NCBI GenBank assembly: GCA_004431415.1
Contig: QPMI01000177.1
Location: 1-64,000 of the forward strand
Direction of reading: 5' to 3'
Origin: Cyanophora paradoxa CCMP329
Lineage: Eukaryota; Plantae; Glaucophyta
Length of the DNA: 64,000 nt
Part shown: positions 37,012 to 50,278 of the stretch, piece by piece
Position numbering within the stretch: the stretch's first letter is position 1
Layout: the number at the start of each line of letters is the position of its first letter
Program-made: the position numbers and the translations under genes
Notes under the pieces: model-generated
The model's input: only the letters and a program-made list of their open reading frames with translations
Database searches by the model: none
What the model was told of the DNA's origin: nothing

Positions 37012-40000
37012 ATGACAGCGGGTCCTGGCCGATTCATGGGTTCCCAGATCCTCCACGATGAACCTTGGCGACGGGCCTTCCCGCTGCTCCAGCTGATAGC
37101 TATCGCGCTCCTCGGTGCGCTGTCATCACATTACACTCGCGTACGTGGGCCTGATCGGCTGAATGGCCGCGCAGGAGTGGGCTGCTCGGGGCAGACATGC
37201 AGTCGCAACAACGTGGCGTCCATCTCGCTCTCCGCGACAGCGCCGTCCGCATACATGAACTCCAGCACGCTCACGACGGGCGCGAGCCTGATTCGCTACT
37301 ACCAGAAGATGGTGCGCATGTGCAGCCTGCGGCCGGGCGCACGTGATCGTGACGCGCACGGCAGGTGTGCACGTGGTCCCTGTCAGCGACATCGATAGCC
37401 ACGTCGGAGGCGATATGGATCGGCTTCCAGCGCTTCTCGCTTGAGCCCGACGCCGACACGTTCACCGTCCGCCCGCCGCCGCGCCGCCCCCCGCCGCCCG
37501 CCGCGCAGCCTCCGACGCCGCGGCAGGTCGCGGGCGCGGCGGGGAGCAAGGTGCTTTCGGGTACGGAGATGCCGCGGGCCGTTATCTACGAGGCGCGCAC
37601 CGCGCAGGTACCCCCGCCCGCCCGCCCCCCGCCCGCCGAGCATCCGCCCGCCGCCCGTCCCCACGCGTCTTCCCCGCAGGCGGCGTTCGCGAGTGATGGG
37701 TACGTCAATTACTGGGGCGTCGCCTCGCTCGCCGTCGCCGGTGCGGCTCGCCCCCCCCCCCTGCCGCGCCGGTACCCCCCGCCTACGCGGCCCGGCAGCG
37801 TCGTTCACGTGTACCCCCAACTCGACCCTGCGCCTCTACGGGCTCCTCTCGGGGGCGCTGCTGGGGCCCCCGGCCCCGACCATTCCGTTCTCCATCCCCG
37901 CCGTGACCCCCGGCCCCGGCCTCGGCTCGGCGCCGCCGTCCGGCCTCGGGGGCGCGCTCTCCCCCTCGCCGCCGCCGCGGCCCCTCCCGTGCCGCTGGGT
38001 CGTGAACGCCACCTGGCCTACGCCCCCCGCCGTCACCGGCGTACGGCTCTCCCTCTGGCCCACGCCCGCCCTCCTCGCCGGCGCGGGGTATAACCTCACC
38101 ATCGAGATCGCCGACCCGGCGTCGGCGTACCCCCCGCGGCTGGTGGGACGGGACGACCTCCTCTCGGCGACGGAGGCGCGGCCGCTGGTCGTCGTCGTCC
38201 CGGGGAGCGTCGCCCTTGTGGGGTACACGGATCCGGACAGCCCACGCCTCCTCGTCCGCATGGACTACCTCGCCCGTGCGTACCCCCCGCGGCTGTACCC
38301 CTGCCGCGCCGGCGCCTCGCCGCGCGGGCCCGCTCACGGCCGCGCCCAGTGCGGTGCCCGGAGTGCGCGAACGGCGGGGTGTGCCGGGACGGCGCCTGCG
38401 TCTGCCCCGCGGGCTTCCTTGGAGCCGACTGCTCCACCCCCGCCGCGCCCGGTTCGCCCCGCGCCCCGGCCCCCGGCCCCGCGCCCCGCCCCCACGCGCC
38501 CCGCGCCCCGCGGCCTGCTTTTTGTACCCCTCACGCCGCGGCTGCGGCGCCAGTGGAGTGGACGTGCGCGCCGGAGCACTACAACGCGTCGGACGGCTGC
38601 GACTGCGGCTGCGGGACGGTGCGCGGCTCCCCCGCCCCCGTGACGCGCGCTCCGATGCCTGACCGAGTTCCCCCCCTCCCCTCAGTTCGATCCGGACTGC
38701 GGGTCGGGGGAGTCCCGCACGGCGATGGGGGCCTACCACGACGGGACCCCCGCGCACTGCCCCGTGCCGGCCCCGCCCCGCGGCAACCGCACCCTCGTCG
38801 TCTCGCCCCGCGGGGACGACGCCGCCGGCGACGGGAGCTACCGCGCCCCCTTCCGCACCCTCCGCGCCGCCCTCGCCGCCGCGCGCGCCCGGAGCCTCCG
38901 GGGGGGTACCATCTACGTGCTCCCGGGGCGGTACACCGGCTGGGGCAACCGCCGGCTGGTCTGGGAAGACGTACCCCGGAACCTGACCCGCTGCTACCCC
39001 GGCGGTGAGCCGGGCAGCGGCGCAGCCCCTTTCTTACGCCGCCACTCAGCTAAGCGCCGTCGCCTCGCAGGGCCGCCGAACTGTCCCGACGTTCCTTTGA
39101 ACCTCACCATCGCCGGCGCCGGCACGCACACCGTTCTCTTCGGTTCGCCCGGCCCCGCCCCGCCCCGCCCCGCGCTCAGCCCCGGCCCTTCGGCCAACCT
39201 CCCGCGGCGGCGCGGCGGCAGACCTGCAGAACGTCACCTCGTGGCTGGCCGTGAAGACGGCGGCGAACGCCTCGGGCTTCGAGTCGTCGTTCGCGCTCGC
39301 AAACCTCACCGTCATGCGCGGCTGGGGCTCCTGGGTGCGTGCGGGGCGCGTACGCGAAGGCAGAGCCGGCTCTGCGCCGGGCCGGGCCGCTGAGGGCAGC
39401 GGCGGCGTCCTCGGCAGCGCGGCTCGGCGCTGACGATACGGCGGGACCACCCCTCCATGCGCGGCTCGGCGAACGTGCTGGTCGAGGGCGTCCGCTTCTG
39501 GCGCAACGTCGCCATCCACGGTTCGAATCCCGGCCGGCGCCTTTTCGGACGCCCCCGCCAAAGCTTCGAATTCGGCAGTGCGGTCGGCGCCCACGGGCTC
39601 GGGCGCCTCGGGGACACCGGGCTGGACGACGGAGGACGCCGCGCAGTACGACGGCGGGGGCGCTCTCTACGCGGACAGGCCCGCCCCGCCCCGCCCCGCC
39701 CCGCCCCGCCCCCTCTCCGGCCTCGCGCGCCGAGCCGCCGGCACAGCACGCTGCGGCTCACCATCCGGAACTGCACCTTCGACTCGAACGCCGCCTGTGC
39801 GTCCGCCTCGCCTCGCCCGCCCGCCCGCCCGCCCGCCGCCACCGCCGCCGCTGACGGTCGCCTCGCCCTGCGCCCGCCCCCCAGCGCCGCTGGACCTCTC
39901 CTTCCCTCGGGGTTACACCGACTGGGAGGACGAGGTCCGGCCCCCCGCTCGGCTCCGCTCGGCTCCGCTTCGTCCCGCCATTCTCGTCGGGCTCATCCCG

Positions 40001-43000
40001 TCCGGCTCCAGGCGCTCCTGCGGACGCTCTCGACGGGCGGGGGCGCGCTGCTCGCCGGCGTGAACGACTCGACGGTCGAGGTCCGAGCCGCCCGCCCGCC
40101 CGCCCGCCCGCCCGCGCCCTCGTGCCCCCCGCCCGCCCCTCCTCCTCCTCGCTCACTCTCGCCCCCTCGCTCAGGACTGCGTCTTCGTCAACAACTCGGG
40201 GGGGATGGGCGGCGGCGGCCTCGCCGTCGTTGGCGGCAGGTGCGGCCGGACCCGTCGACATCCTCGCAACTGGTCGAGGCTAGGGCGGTTCCTTCTCACG
40301 TCGAACCTGCAGCGGCATCGGAAGCCTGTACGGCTCCCTCAACGTCGTCATCCGCCGCTGCGTGTTCGAGAACAACATCGGTGGGCGCCCTGGCTTTCGG
40401 GCACTCCGTCGCTTGCCATTCCGACGCCGGCGCCGTTGCGCGCGCGCGTGCGCGCGCGCAGCCACGACGGGCGGGGCCGGCCTCGCGGTGCGCGACACGG
40501 CCAACACGGTCGTGTCCGACTGCGCGTTCCGCAACAACACGCTCCGTGCGCCGCCCCGGCCCCGGCCCCGGCCCCCGCGCGCCCTCGCCGCCGCCGCATT
40601 TTCCGACCGTGGGCGGGCGGCCGGCAGACACTGTCTACGTTACGGACGTGTACGGCAGGCCGCGCGACACGTCGGGCGGCGGCCTGCTCCTGGAGGGCGG
40701 CGCGAAGAACGGGGTGCGTACTCCCGCTCGCGCTGTCTCTCGGTCGCGCCGGCCGGCTTGTGCTCACGTCCGATCCAGGATTTCTTGGGGGGAGCCAACA
40801 TCTCCGTCGTCCGCTGTGTTTTCGATGGGAACCGCGTCGGCGCGCCCTCGTCTTAAAATTCATCTTCCTTCCCCAATGCGATAGCCATATACATTTAACC
40901 CGCCCGCTTGCAGTCTGGACGAGGAACATGTGGGTCCCCGACATTCACATCGGCGGCGCCGGCTTCGCGATCCGCAACGGCCGCGTGCGCTACGGCTGCC
41001 CGGGCGCCCACTTTCGGCCTGACCATGCCGCGCGCGCCGCTCGGCCCCGCAGAACATCACGGTCGCCGACAGCAACTTGACTCAGAACGTGGCCGGTCCG
41101 CACGCCGCGCGCGGCCGCCAGCGCCCGGCGCCAGCGCTTTGCCGTGCGCCCGCGGGCGGCTGAGCCGCGGGGGGCGCGGCAGACGCGAAGGGCGGCGGCG
41201 GCCTCGTTCAGTCCTCCGCCTTCGTGCGCTTCCAGGGGTGCCTCTTCTCGAACAACAGCCAGAGTCCGCCCTCTTCTGCTTGGCCTCGAGCCGTCGTAAT
41301 CGCGCATCTCTGATGCGCCCCGCAGCGCGCGCGTTCACGTACGCGGGCGGCGGCGGCCTCGAAATCGGAGCGTCCCGCCAGGCGAGCGAGCGAGCGCGGG
41401 GCCGGGTCGCTCCGGAGAGCGGAGCAGAGCTGAGCAGAGCTGAGCTCGCGCGCTCGCGCCAGGTTGTGATGGAGGCGTGCGCGCTCGCGAACAACTCCGC
41501 CTCGGGCGGCGGCGCTGTCTCCCTCTCAGCTACTCGCGAGGTGACCCGCGCCGCCCCCCAGCGTCGAGCCCTCGCCGCGCCCCAGGCCGACCCCCGCGCG
41601 CCGGGCGCCGGGCGCCAGCTCCTCATATCGCGCTGCACCTTCTTCGGGAACACCCACTGTGCGTCGGCCGGTCCCGCTTCTAATCCGTTCCTGCCCCGCC
41701 TTGAGGTTCGTTGCGCCGCGCCAGTCTCGTCATCCAGCTTCGGGGCCGCCATCCGCGTCTACGAGCTCGTGCGCCTAGCTCTTTCTTCTGGGCTGCAGCT
41801 TTCGCTAAGGTTCACCGTCGCGCCAGATCGAGTACCTGCTCGTCTCTGACAAACTCGGATTCGTGCCCCCGGACTGGAAGGTAGGCTGCTTGCAGCCGCG
41901 ATAGCTATGGGCCCGGAAGCCGCGCCGACCGCTGAGAGCGTCCGCCAGATGCTGCCCCCCGGCATCCACCTCCAGGACAGCCTCTTCGAGAACAACGCCG
42001 CCGCCTGTGCGCGCGCGCGGCCCGCCCGCCCGCGCCGGCGCGCACGAAAAGCTCTTCAAATTCACGGCCGTCGCCAGATATCGGAGGCGCGCTCTTCGTG
42101 CAGGGTCAGGGCATCCCCGCCGCGGCGAACGTCACGATCCGAGGGTGCACGCTGCGCCAGAACTCTGCCCGCCTCGGTGCGTTCGCTCGCGCCCCGGGCC
42201 CCGAAAAGCTTCCGTCGCTGACCGCTGCTGGCCGGCCGGGGGCGCAGGCGGCGGCGCCGTCGCGGCCCGCGAGGCGCCTGTCTTCGTGATCGACAGGCGC
42301 GGGCCGCCCCGCCCCTCGCGCCCCGGCCCCGCCCCGCCTCTCACGCCCCGCCGCGCCCCGTCCCGCCCTGCACCGCAGCCTGTTCGAGGGGAACACGGCC
42401 TTTGCCGGCGCCGCCCTCTACGCTGACGAGGCGCGCCTCGCTGCCTAAGCTTAAGCTTTTGATTTTTCTTTGATTTCCCTAAGTCCTAAGTTCCCTATGT
42501 TTCTTTGATTTCCCCAAGTCCTAAGTCCCGAACGATCTCGTTTCTGACGCCTAAGCCTGCCCGGTCCCAGGTGTGGGCCACGAGCTACTCCGCCAGCAAC
42601 TCGACCTTCCGCCGCTGCTCCGCCGTCCGCGGTCTGCTGAGCCAGGCCGCTCGAAGGCCTCCCGCCCGCGCCGCGGCCGACGCCCCGCCCGCCCGCCCGC
42701 CCGCCCGCCCGCAGGGGGCGCCGTGTACGTTGCCGCGACGAACAACTTGACGGCGGACGGGTGCGCCTTCGAGGCCTGCGCGGCCGTCGGCGGCGACGGC
42801 GGCGCACTCTTCTCCGAAAACGCCAACGTCGACGTCGCCGTACGTCCTTCTTAAAGAGAACTGAGCGCTAGCTCGAGTAACCTCGCCGCAGGGCGGGCGC
42901 TTCGCTGGGAACAGGGCGGACGGCTACGGGGGCGCGGCGGTCTTCAAGGGGGAGTACCCCTCCCGCCTCGCCGTTCGGGGCGCCCTCTTCGAAGGGAACC

Positions 43001-46000
43001 GCGCGACGAAGCGGGGCGGGGCGGTGGCCGCGATGGAGCAGGCGCGCCCCTCCCTCGAGGGCTGCAGCCTCATCGGCAACACCTGCGCGGGCCGCGGCGG
43101 CGCCCTCTCCGCCCGCGGCTTCGCCCGCGTCGCGCTGCTCGGGGCGCGCCTCGCCGGGAACCGCGCCGAGCACGGCGGCGCCCTGGACCTCGCCGGGCGC
43201 GCCTCGGTCCGTCTTGAGGGCGGCTCCGTCGAGGGCGCGGCGGCGCAGCTGGACGGCGGCTTCGCCTGCGTGCTCGGCTCGGGGAGCCTGGAGCTCAACG
43301 GGACGCGCCTCTCGAACTGCTCGGCGGGGCGCGACGGCGGCTGCGTGCACGCCTCCGAGTCGGCGTCGGTGCAGGTGAGACTGGGGCGGGGCGGCGCCGG
43401 CTGCGGCGCCGGCCCGGCTGCCGGCCTCTGATCGATCGAGGCGCACGCGCAGGCGGCGGGCGCGGCGCAGCTCGCCGGCTGCGCGGCGGGGCGCGCCGGC
43501 GGCGCCCTGCACCTCTCCGACCGCGCGGAGGCGGCTCTGGACGGGGCGGCGCTCGAGGGCGGGCGCTCGGCCGCCGGCGGCGCGGCGTACGCCGGCGGCA
43601 CGGCGCGCCTCCGGATGAACCGCACCCGCGTCGAGAACAACTCGGCCTCCGGTCCGCGCCCGCTCGCTCGCTTCTCCGGCGTCGCGCGAGCCCGGGGGCA
43701 TTACTGAGCGGGGCCGGCGGGCGGGCGGGCGGGCGGGCGCAGGCTCGGGCGGGGCGTTCGTCGTGCGGGACGCGGCGGCGATGAGCGTGGCGGACAGCGC
43801 CGTCCGCCGCAACGCGGCCGGCGGCCCCGGCGGCGTCGTGCGCCTGCCTCCCCTTAAATTTTTAGCTTAGAGCGATCCGACGCGACGCCCCCTCTGACTC
43901 GGGTGAGCGCGCGCGCGCGTTCAGGTGAGCGCCCACGAGAGCGGCCGCGTCCTCTTCGAGGGCTCCCTCCTCCTCGCCAACAACACCGCCGCGGTCCGTG
44001 CCCCGAGAACAACGCGCTTCGATTCGCGATCGGCTCGCTCCGACCTACGTATACTCAAATATTCCTGCTCTGGCGACAGGACGGGGCGGTCGTGTCGCTG
44101 GCGGCGACGGCGGCGGTGCCGTGCGCGGCGGTGGCGGTGGACGCGTCGGCGGCGGTGAGCGCCTCGGGCAACGCGGCGCGGCGCGGCGGCGGCGTCGCCT
44201 TCTTCGAGGCGGCCTCGGGCGCCGTCTTCTGCCCCGTCTTCCAGCGCCTCGCCCCCGCCCCGAGCGGCGCAGCCGCCGCCGCCCCGAGCAGCACAGCCGC
44301 CGATGACACCACCGGCGCGTACGCGCCCCGCGCCGCCGCCGGCGCCGCCGCCGCCGCCGCCGCCCTCCGCGTCCACACCGCCGGCGCCGCGCCGCCGCCC
44401 ATCGCCGCCTACGGCGCCCTCGCGGCGAGCGGCCCCGTCTCCCTCTCCGTCCGCCGCACCGGTGCCCCCGGAGAACGCGCGCTCGCTCGCGCGTTCGCCC
44501 GCCTCACCGCGGCGCAGACGGGGCGGGGCCGGTGGCGAGCTCGGGGGCCACGCCGCCTTCGAGGTGGAGCTCCTCGACGCCTACGGCCAGGCGCGCCGGC
44601 CCCGCCGCCCGAGGCCGGCGCGGGCGGCTGACGCGGGCGCAGCGGGTGGCGACGGACGCGGGGACGCTCGTCTCCGTCGAGGCGGCCTCCGCCAGCGGCC
44701 CCGTCCTCGTCCGCGGTCCGCCCTTTTGGAGGACCCGGGCGAGAGGGGCCCGACCCGGCCTGCCCGCCCGCCCGCTCACCCAAGCGGGCGGTGCGCGCAG
44801 CGGCGGCGGAGGTGAACGGGAGCTTTGCGGGGGACGCGGGGCCGGCGTCGGCGGGGTACACCGTCGGCGGCGTGGCGCGCTTCGACGACCTGCACGTGAC
44901 CGCCGAGCCCGGCGCCGCGCACGGGCTCCGCTTCTCGGCGCGCCTCGGGCCGGCCGGCGCCGAGGCGCGCGCGACGGCCTTCCTCCCGCTGCGCGGCTGC
45001 GTGCGCGGCGAGACGCTCCCGCCGGCCTCGCTCGTCTGCCACGTCTGCCCGCCCGGCACCTACTCCCTCTCCGACAGTCCCCGCGTGCGCCCGCCCGACC
45101 CGCCCTCCAGACTTCGAAGTCGGCGCCCGAGCGGCGGCCCCCGCAGAACGCGACGTGCGAGGAGTGCCCGCTGGGGGGCGACTGCGCGGGGGGCGCGGAC
45201 CGCCTCCGCGTGGCCCCGGGCTACTGGCGCCCCCCCGGGGAGCCCGAGTCGTTCTTCCTGTGCCTCAACGACGAGGCGCGCCGCTCCGCGTGCCTCTTTG
45301 AGCTTTGACCTTAGGGCGCCTCTTCTTCCGCTTTGATTGATAGTGTACCTCTCGCTTAACCAAAGACAACCTAAGGATCCATATTAATGCATATGCATCT
45401 ATCGCTAAACCATACCTACCACACATACCGTTCGCTCAAACGAAGACAACAACCTAAGAATGCCCGCATCCAACAATCACATTCACCTCGCTTTAGCGAA
45501 GACAGCAACCTAAAGCTGCCCGCATCCATCCGTCTCGCCCGCGCCGGCGCCGACGCCTCGGGCGCCGCCTGACGCCTCGGCGCAGTGCCTCGGGGGCGAC
45601 GCGTCGGGCGAGTGCTCCGAGGGCTACTCGGGGTGCGCCGGCGCCCGCCCCGCCCCGCCCCCCACCTACCTTCTCAAAGACGCGCGGCTCGGGATCGCAC
45701 CTGCGCAGGCCCCTGTGCACGGTCTGCCAGCCCGGCTACGGCCGCCACCATGGCTTCGGCTGCAGGCGGTGCGCGCCTCGCCCGCCCGCCATTTCTCGAC
45801 CCCTCCTTCCGCCCGCGGCCCTGACGCCGGCGGCGCGCCCCGCCCCGCCCGCGCGCAGGTGCCCAGGCGCGGGGGCGCTGCGGCTGGTCTCGCTGGGCGT
45901 CGCGGCCCTCGTCATCGGCGTCGCCCTCCTCCTCGTCTTCTCCGCCTGGCGCCAGGTGCTGGCCGCCCCTCGGGGCCTCCCCCACCCGCCCCAGCGCTCG

Positions 46001-49000
46001 AAGCTCAGCTCGCACCGGCAGAACGCGGCGGTGGCGCGGGGCGCGGCGCTGCCGGGGACGGAGGTGCGGGGCGGGCAGGCGGGGACCCTCCTCAAGCTCT
46101 TCGTCACCTACGCCCAGGCACGCCGCCCCTCCATGCGCCCCCCCCGCCCTAGAAGATCCAGCCATATGCGCCCTCCGCCCGCGCGCGCCTCACCCTCGGG
46201 GCCGCCCCTCCCCTCCCCGCCCCGCAGATCCAGGCGATGGCGGTGGACCTCGACCTCTACTGGCCGGGCCCCTTCGTCAACCTCCTCTCCGCCCAGGCCG
46301 TCCGCCCCGCCCCGCCCCGCGCAGCCCCGCGCAGCCAGCGCTACTCTCGTCTCTAGGCGAAGCCGCGCTGACGCGGGGGCTCCGGGCGGGCGGGCGGGCG
46401 GGCGCAGGCGATGTCGGTCTCGATCGAGTCGGTGGCGTCGCTTGACTGCATGCTCGGCCTCGTCGCCCCCGCCCCCTTCCACGACCAGGCCCGCCCTCGT
46501 CTCTCTACTCTTTGCTCTTGCCAAGCGACCCTTTCCAACTCTCGGGCAGGCGTACCCCCTCTCGCCGCTGCTGGCGCCCTACGGCAAGCTCGTCGCGGCG
46601 CTCTGCCTCGTACCCCTCGCCCTCCTCCTCCCCGCCCTCTTCCTCCCCTTCGTCGCCGCCTGGTGGCGCCTGCGCCGCGGGCGCGGCCGAGGCCGAGGCC
46701 GAGGCCGCCCCCGCCGCGGGGGCGCCGGAGAGGCGGGGGAGGCAGGGCCGGAGCCCGGGCCCGAGCCCGAGCCGGAGCCGCCCCGCCCGATCCTGCCCGA
46801 CCTCGTCGACCTCTACGTCGTCGCAGCCATCGTCTGCCTCTTCCTGGTCAGGAAACCCTCTCGGACTCGTTCGTGCCGAGCAAGCTAAGCGGCGCGCCGC
46901 ATGGCAGGTCCATCCGGTGGCGACGCGCCAGATTCTCCGAATCTTCGCATGCGCCCGCCTCGGCGGCCGCACAGTCCTCGTCCAGGACATGCGCGCCCGC
47001 CCGCCCGCCCCCAGCCCTACCATCCAACCAGCCCTCGACAACCTAACCAACGCGGGTGCAGGAGCGTGGCGTGCTGGACGGCGGAGCACTGGCGGTGGGC
47101 GCTGGGCGCGGGGGTACCCGGTGTCCTCCTCGTCGCCCTCGGCATCCCCGCCCTCGCCCTCGCCGTCCGCCCCGCCCCGCCCCGCCCCCGCCCCCTCGCC
47201 CCGTCCCCCGTCCCCGCCCCGCCCTCCCCCCGTCCCCTCCTCACCCCGCCCCCGCCCGCCGGCCGCGCAGCTGCTGCACTGGAACCGGGTGAAGCTGTTC
47301 GGGCCGCAGGCCGACCCCCGCGCCGTCCGCCGCTACGCCTTCCTCTATGCCGTGCGCCCCCTCGATTCGCAGAAGGGGGCGAGCGCGGCATAGGGACCCC
47401 AGCCTAGAGTTCGAAGCCGATCCCAGCTGGATAATTAGGCTTACATCATGCGTGTGCTTGCATTGCGCCGATCCCAGCTTGTAGTTAGGCCGCTCCTAGG
47501 GCGCAGCCTACAATTAGGTCGATCCTAAAGGGATTCGCTAGAGGGATTCGCTGATTCCACGCGCCCCTACAAGCCGCCTCCTTTCCGCGGATTCGCTGCC
47601 CTCTCGCCTCTCTCTAAGCGCCTGACCTCCGCCCGGCCTGCGCGTCTCGCGCAGGGGTACCGGCGCGGCTTCTGGTTCTGGGAGCCGGTCACCCTCGTCC
47701 GCAAAGTCGCCGTGCGCACCCCCCCCCCTTCCCCTCCCCCTCCCCCCCTCCCCCCCCCTCCCCCTGCGCAAAGTCGCCCCGCCCCGCCCGCTCCCGCCCC
47801 GCCCCGCCCGCTCCCGCCCCGCCCGCCCGCGCCCGCCCCGTCCCGCCCGCGCCCGCCCCCACACGAGATCCGGAGCGCCCGGGGCCGGGGGCGCCTCCTC
47901 CTCCTGATTCCCTTAGCGGCTCCCAAGCTAAGCCGGCCCGCTCGGCCCGCCTCTGACGCGGCCGGCCCGGCCCGCCTTCCCCCCCCCCCCCCCCCCCCCC
48001 CCGCAGGTGCTCTTTATGGCGGTGTTTTTTTTCCGCTCGGGCCGCACGCAGTCCCTCCTCGCCCTCGCCGTCCTCGGTCCGCTTTGCTTCGCCTCCGCTC
48101 GGCTTTGCTCGGCTCTGCTCGGCCCTCTCGTCTCGACCCGGCTGCCGCCCGCGCAGGCGTCTTCTTCGCGGCGTCGGCCCGCTTCCTCCCCTTCAACTCC
48201 CGCCTCCTCCAGGCCCGCCCCCGCCCCGCCCCCGCCCGGCCCCGCCCCCGCCCGGCGCTATGAGGCCTAGGCTGAGCGGGCCGCCTCAAGCAATCTTGGA
48301 GCCCCGGACCTTAGCCCTGCCCCCGCCCCCGCCCCCGGCCCCGCCCCAATGCTGAGCGGGCGCCCCTGTAATCAGGCGTACGATCTGGCGGGGATGGGCA
48401 CGAACGCGCTGACGCTCTACCTCGGCCTCTTCTTCTACGCCTCCCCGTGCGCCTCTCGCCGGCCCCAGGCCCCGCCGGCCCGACCCGACCGGATCGGGGA
48501 TCTTTCGGGGCGCCGGCGCCCGCTCCTCCCCCGCCCCGCCCCGCTTAGGCCCCTCCCGATCCGATCAGGCCAGAGAATGATAGGGACGCCCGCCCCCCCC
48601 CCCCCCCCCCCCCCTCCGCCCGGCTGCTCCTAACGCTCACGCGGCGGGCGGGCGGCCTCGCCGGCTCTACTCCTTACGCGGCGCGCGGCGTGCGGCAGGC
48701 GGACGCGGGGAGGCCGTGGGCGGGCGGGCGGCGAACGGGGTGCCGGGGCGGGGCGAGGCGGAGGGCACGCCCGACGAGGCCGCGATCGCGGGCACCCTCT
48801 TCGGCGCCAACCTCGTCCGTCCAATGACCTCTGCCTGCTCGCCGACGCCGGCGGCGTCTAGCGGGCCCCGCTGACCGGCGGCGCAGGCCTTTCTGGCGCT
48901 GACGGCGGTGCTGGCGGTGCGGGAGGCCGCGCCCCACTTCGCCCGCCTCGCCCCGCGGCCCCTCGCGTCCGCCCCGCCCCGCCCGCCCCGGCCCGCCCCT

Positions 49001-49305
49001 CCCGACTTGGTGTGCAGGCGGGCGGTGGCGCGGGCGGGGCGGCGCTGCGGCTGCGCGCGTGGCTCGGCGAGGCGGGGCGCCGCCGGGACTGGGCGCTGAG
49101 CCCCGCGTCGCCTTCAAGACTTCGACGGCGGAGGAAGCACAGGAGGCGGAGGCGGCGCCCAAGGCCCAGGCGGCGGCGCCGGCGACGCCGCAGCCGGGGC
49201 GGGGCCCGCGCGCCTCGCCGGCGCCCGAGCTGCTGCCGGCGGAGCTGCTGCGGGCGTCGCCCACGCCCGGCGAGGAGCTCGCCCTCGAGGAGGCACGCTT
49301 CGCCC

Positions 49306-49345
<40 letters not shown>

Positions 49346-49607
49346 GCCCGCCCCTGTGGCCCTCTCCCCGCCGCCGCCGCCGCCCTCCTCGCCCGGCCCT
49401 CCTCGCGACGGCCGCGGGGGCCTCGGGCGCCGCCGGCTGGCCCCGCTCGGCGTGTACCCCCGCCCCGCGGCCGAGCGGCCCTCGCCGGCGCCCACGGCGA
49501 TCTCCGCGGGCCTGCTGACCCCGGGGCCCGACGAGGGCGCCGAGGGCGGCCCCGGAGCGGGGGGGCGGCCGCCCGCTGTGCCTTCTGAAGAGCTTTTACA
49601 GCGCTAG
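37012..49607 (+). CDS. Giant receptor-like membrane protein: signal peptide, EGF-like, parallel beta-helix (GGA/FxxN repeats), Cys-rich region and multi-TM C-terminus
   Basis: CPECANGGVCRDGACVCPAGFLGADC; GDGSYRAPFRTL; many FEGN.A..GGA repeats; CHVCPPGTYS, CEECPLGGDC, APGYWR, CSEGYSGPLCTVCQPGYG; TM region with RRYAFLYAGYRRGFWFWEPVTLVRKVAV. Confidence 0.8.
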
Positions 49608-50142
49608 GAACACCCGTTCGAGAGTTATCCGGCCTCCGCCATTGGCCGTTTCAAACTACGCTTCTGCTCAAATATGCATCGATATCGGCTCAATTGATTA
49701 GCTCTCGTAGAGGTTAGCTTTCAATGTTTGGATTCTTGCCTATCTATAACTCTTTAATCGATATCCACTCTTTTGTTCAGTCCGTTCATTTCAGCTCATG
49801 ATCAGTTCATGTTGTCCTGTGGTTGATTGTACTTTGTCGCTTTTCTCCATTCGAGGTATAGTTTAGCTGCTTCTCGCCTAAAGCTAGGCTTTCATCCCAT
49901 ATTATATTTTTAGCTTCTACAGAGGTTCAGATTCAGATTTATCCATCCCGTATTCAGATTTCAATTCGCTTTTTTCGCGGTCAATTCGCCACGTGCGCCG
50001 AAATCTGTCTGCAGCTGACTCATGATAATTGCACGTGACTGCTCCCCGCTGATCATGATCAGAGCCCGCGTCCCTCCACTGTACATGTGCATGCCCCCGC
50101 CGCGGACGCGGCGGTCCAACGCTTGCCCAAGATTCCAAAAAT

Positions 50143-50211
50143 CATCATTTGCAAAAAGAGGTTTGGGACCAACGCTACCGTGCATCATTTGCAAAAAGAG
50201 GTTTGGGACCA
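50143..50211. repeat. 29-bp direct repeat, two copies
   Basis: CATCATTTGCAAAAAGAGGTTTGGGACCA twice with a 40-bp period. Confidence 0.85.
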
Positions 50212-50278
50212 GAAAATCGAAACAGATCTAAAATAAGCTAAGCTGACGGAGTAGTAGGGTTCGCGTTCCAATTCGCGC

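Noticed and set aside
50143-50211. CRISPR-like repeat pair
   Set aside because: Only two copies with an 11-nt gap; a simple duplication
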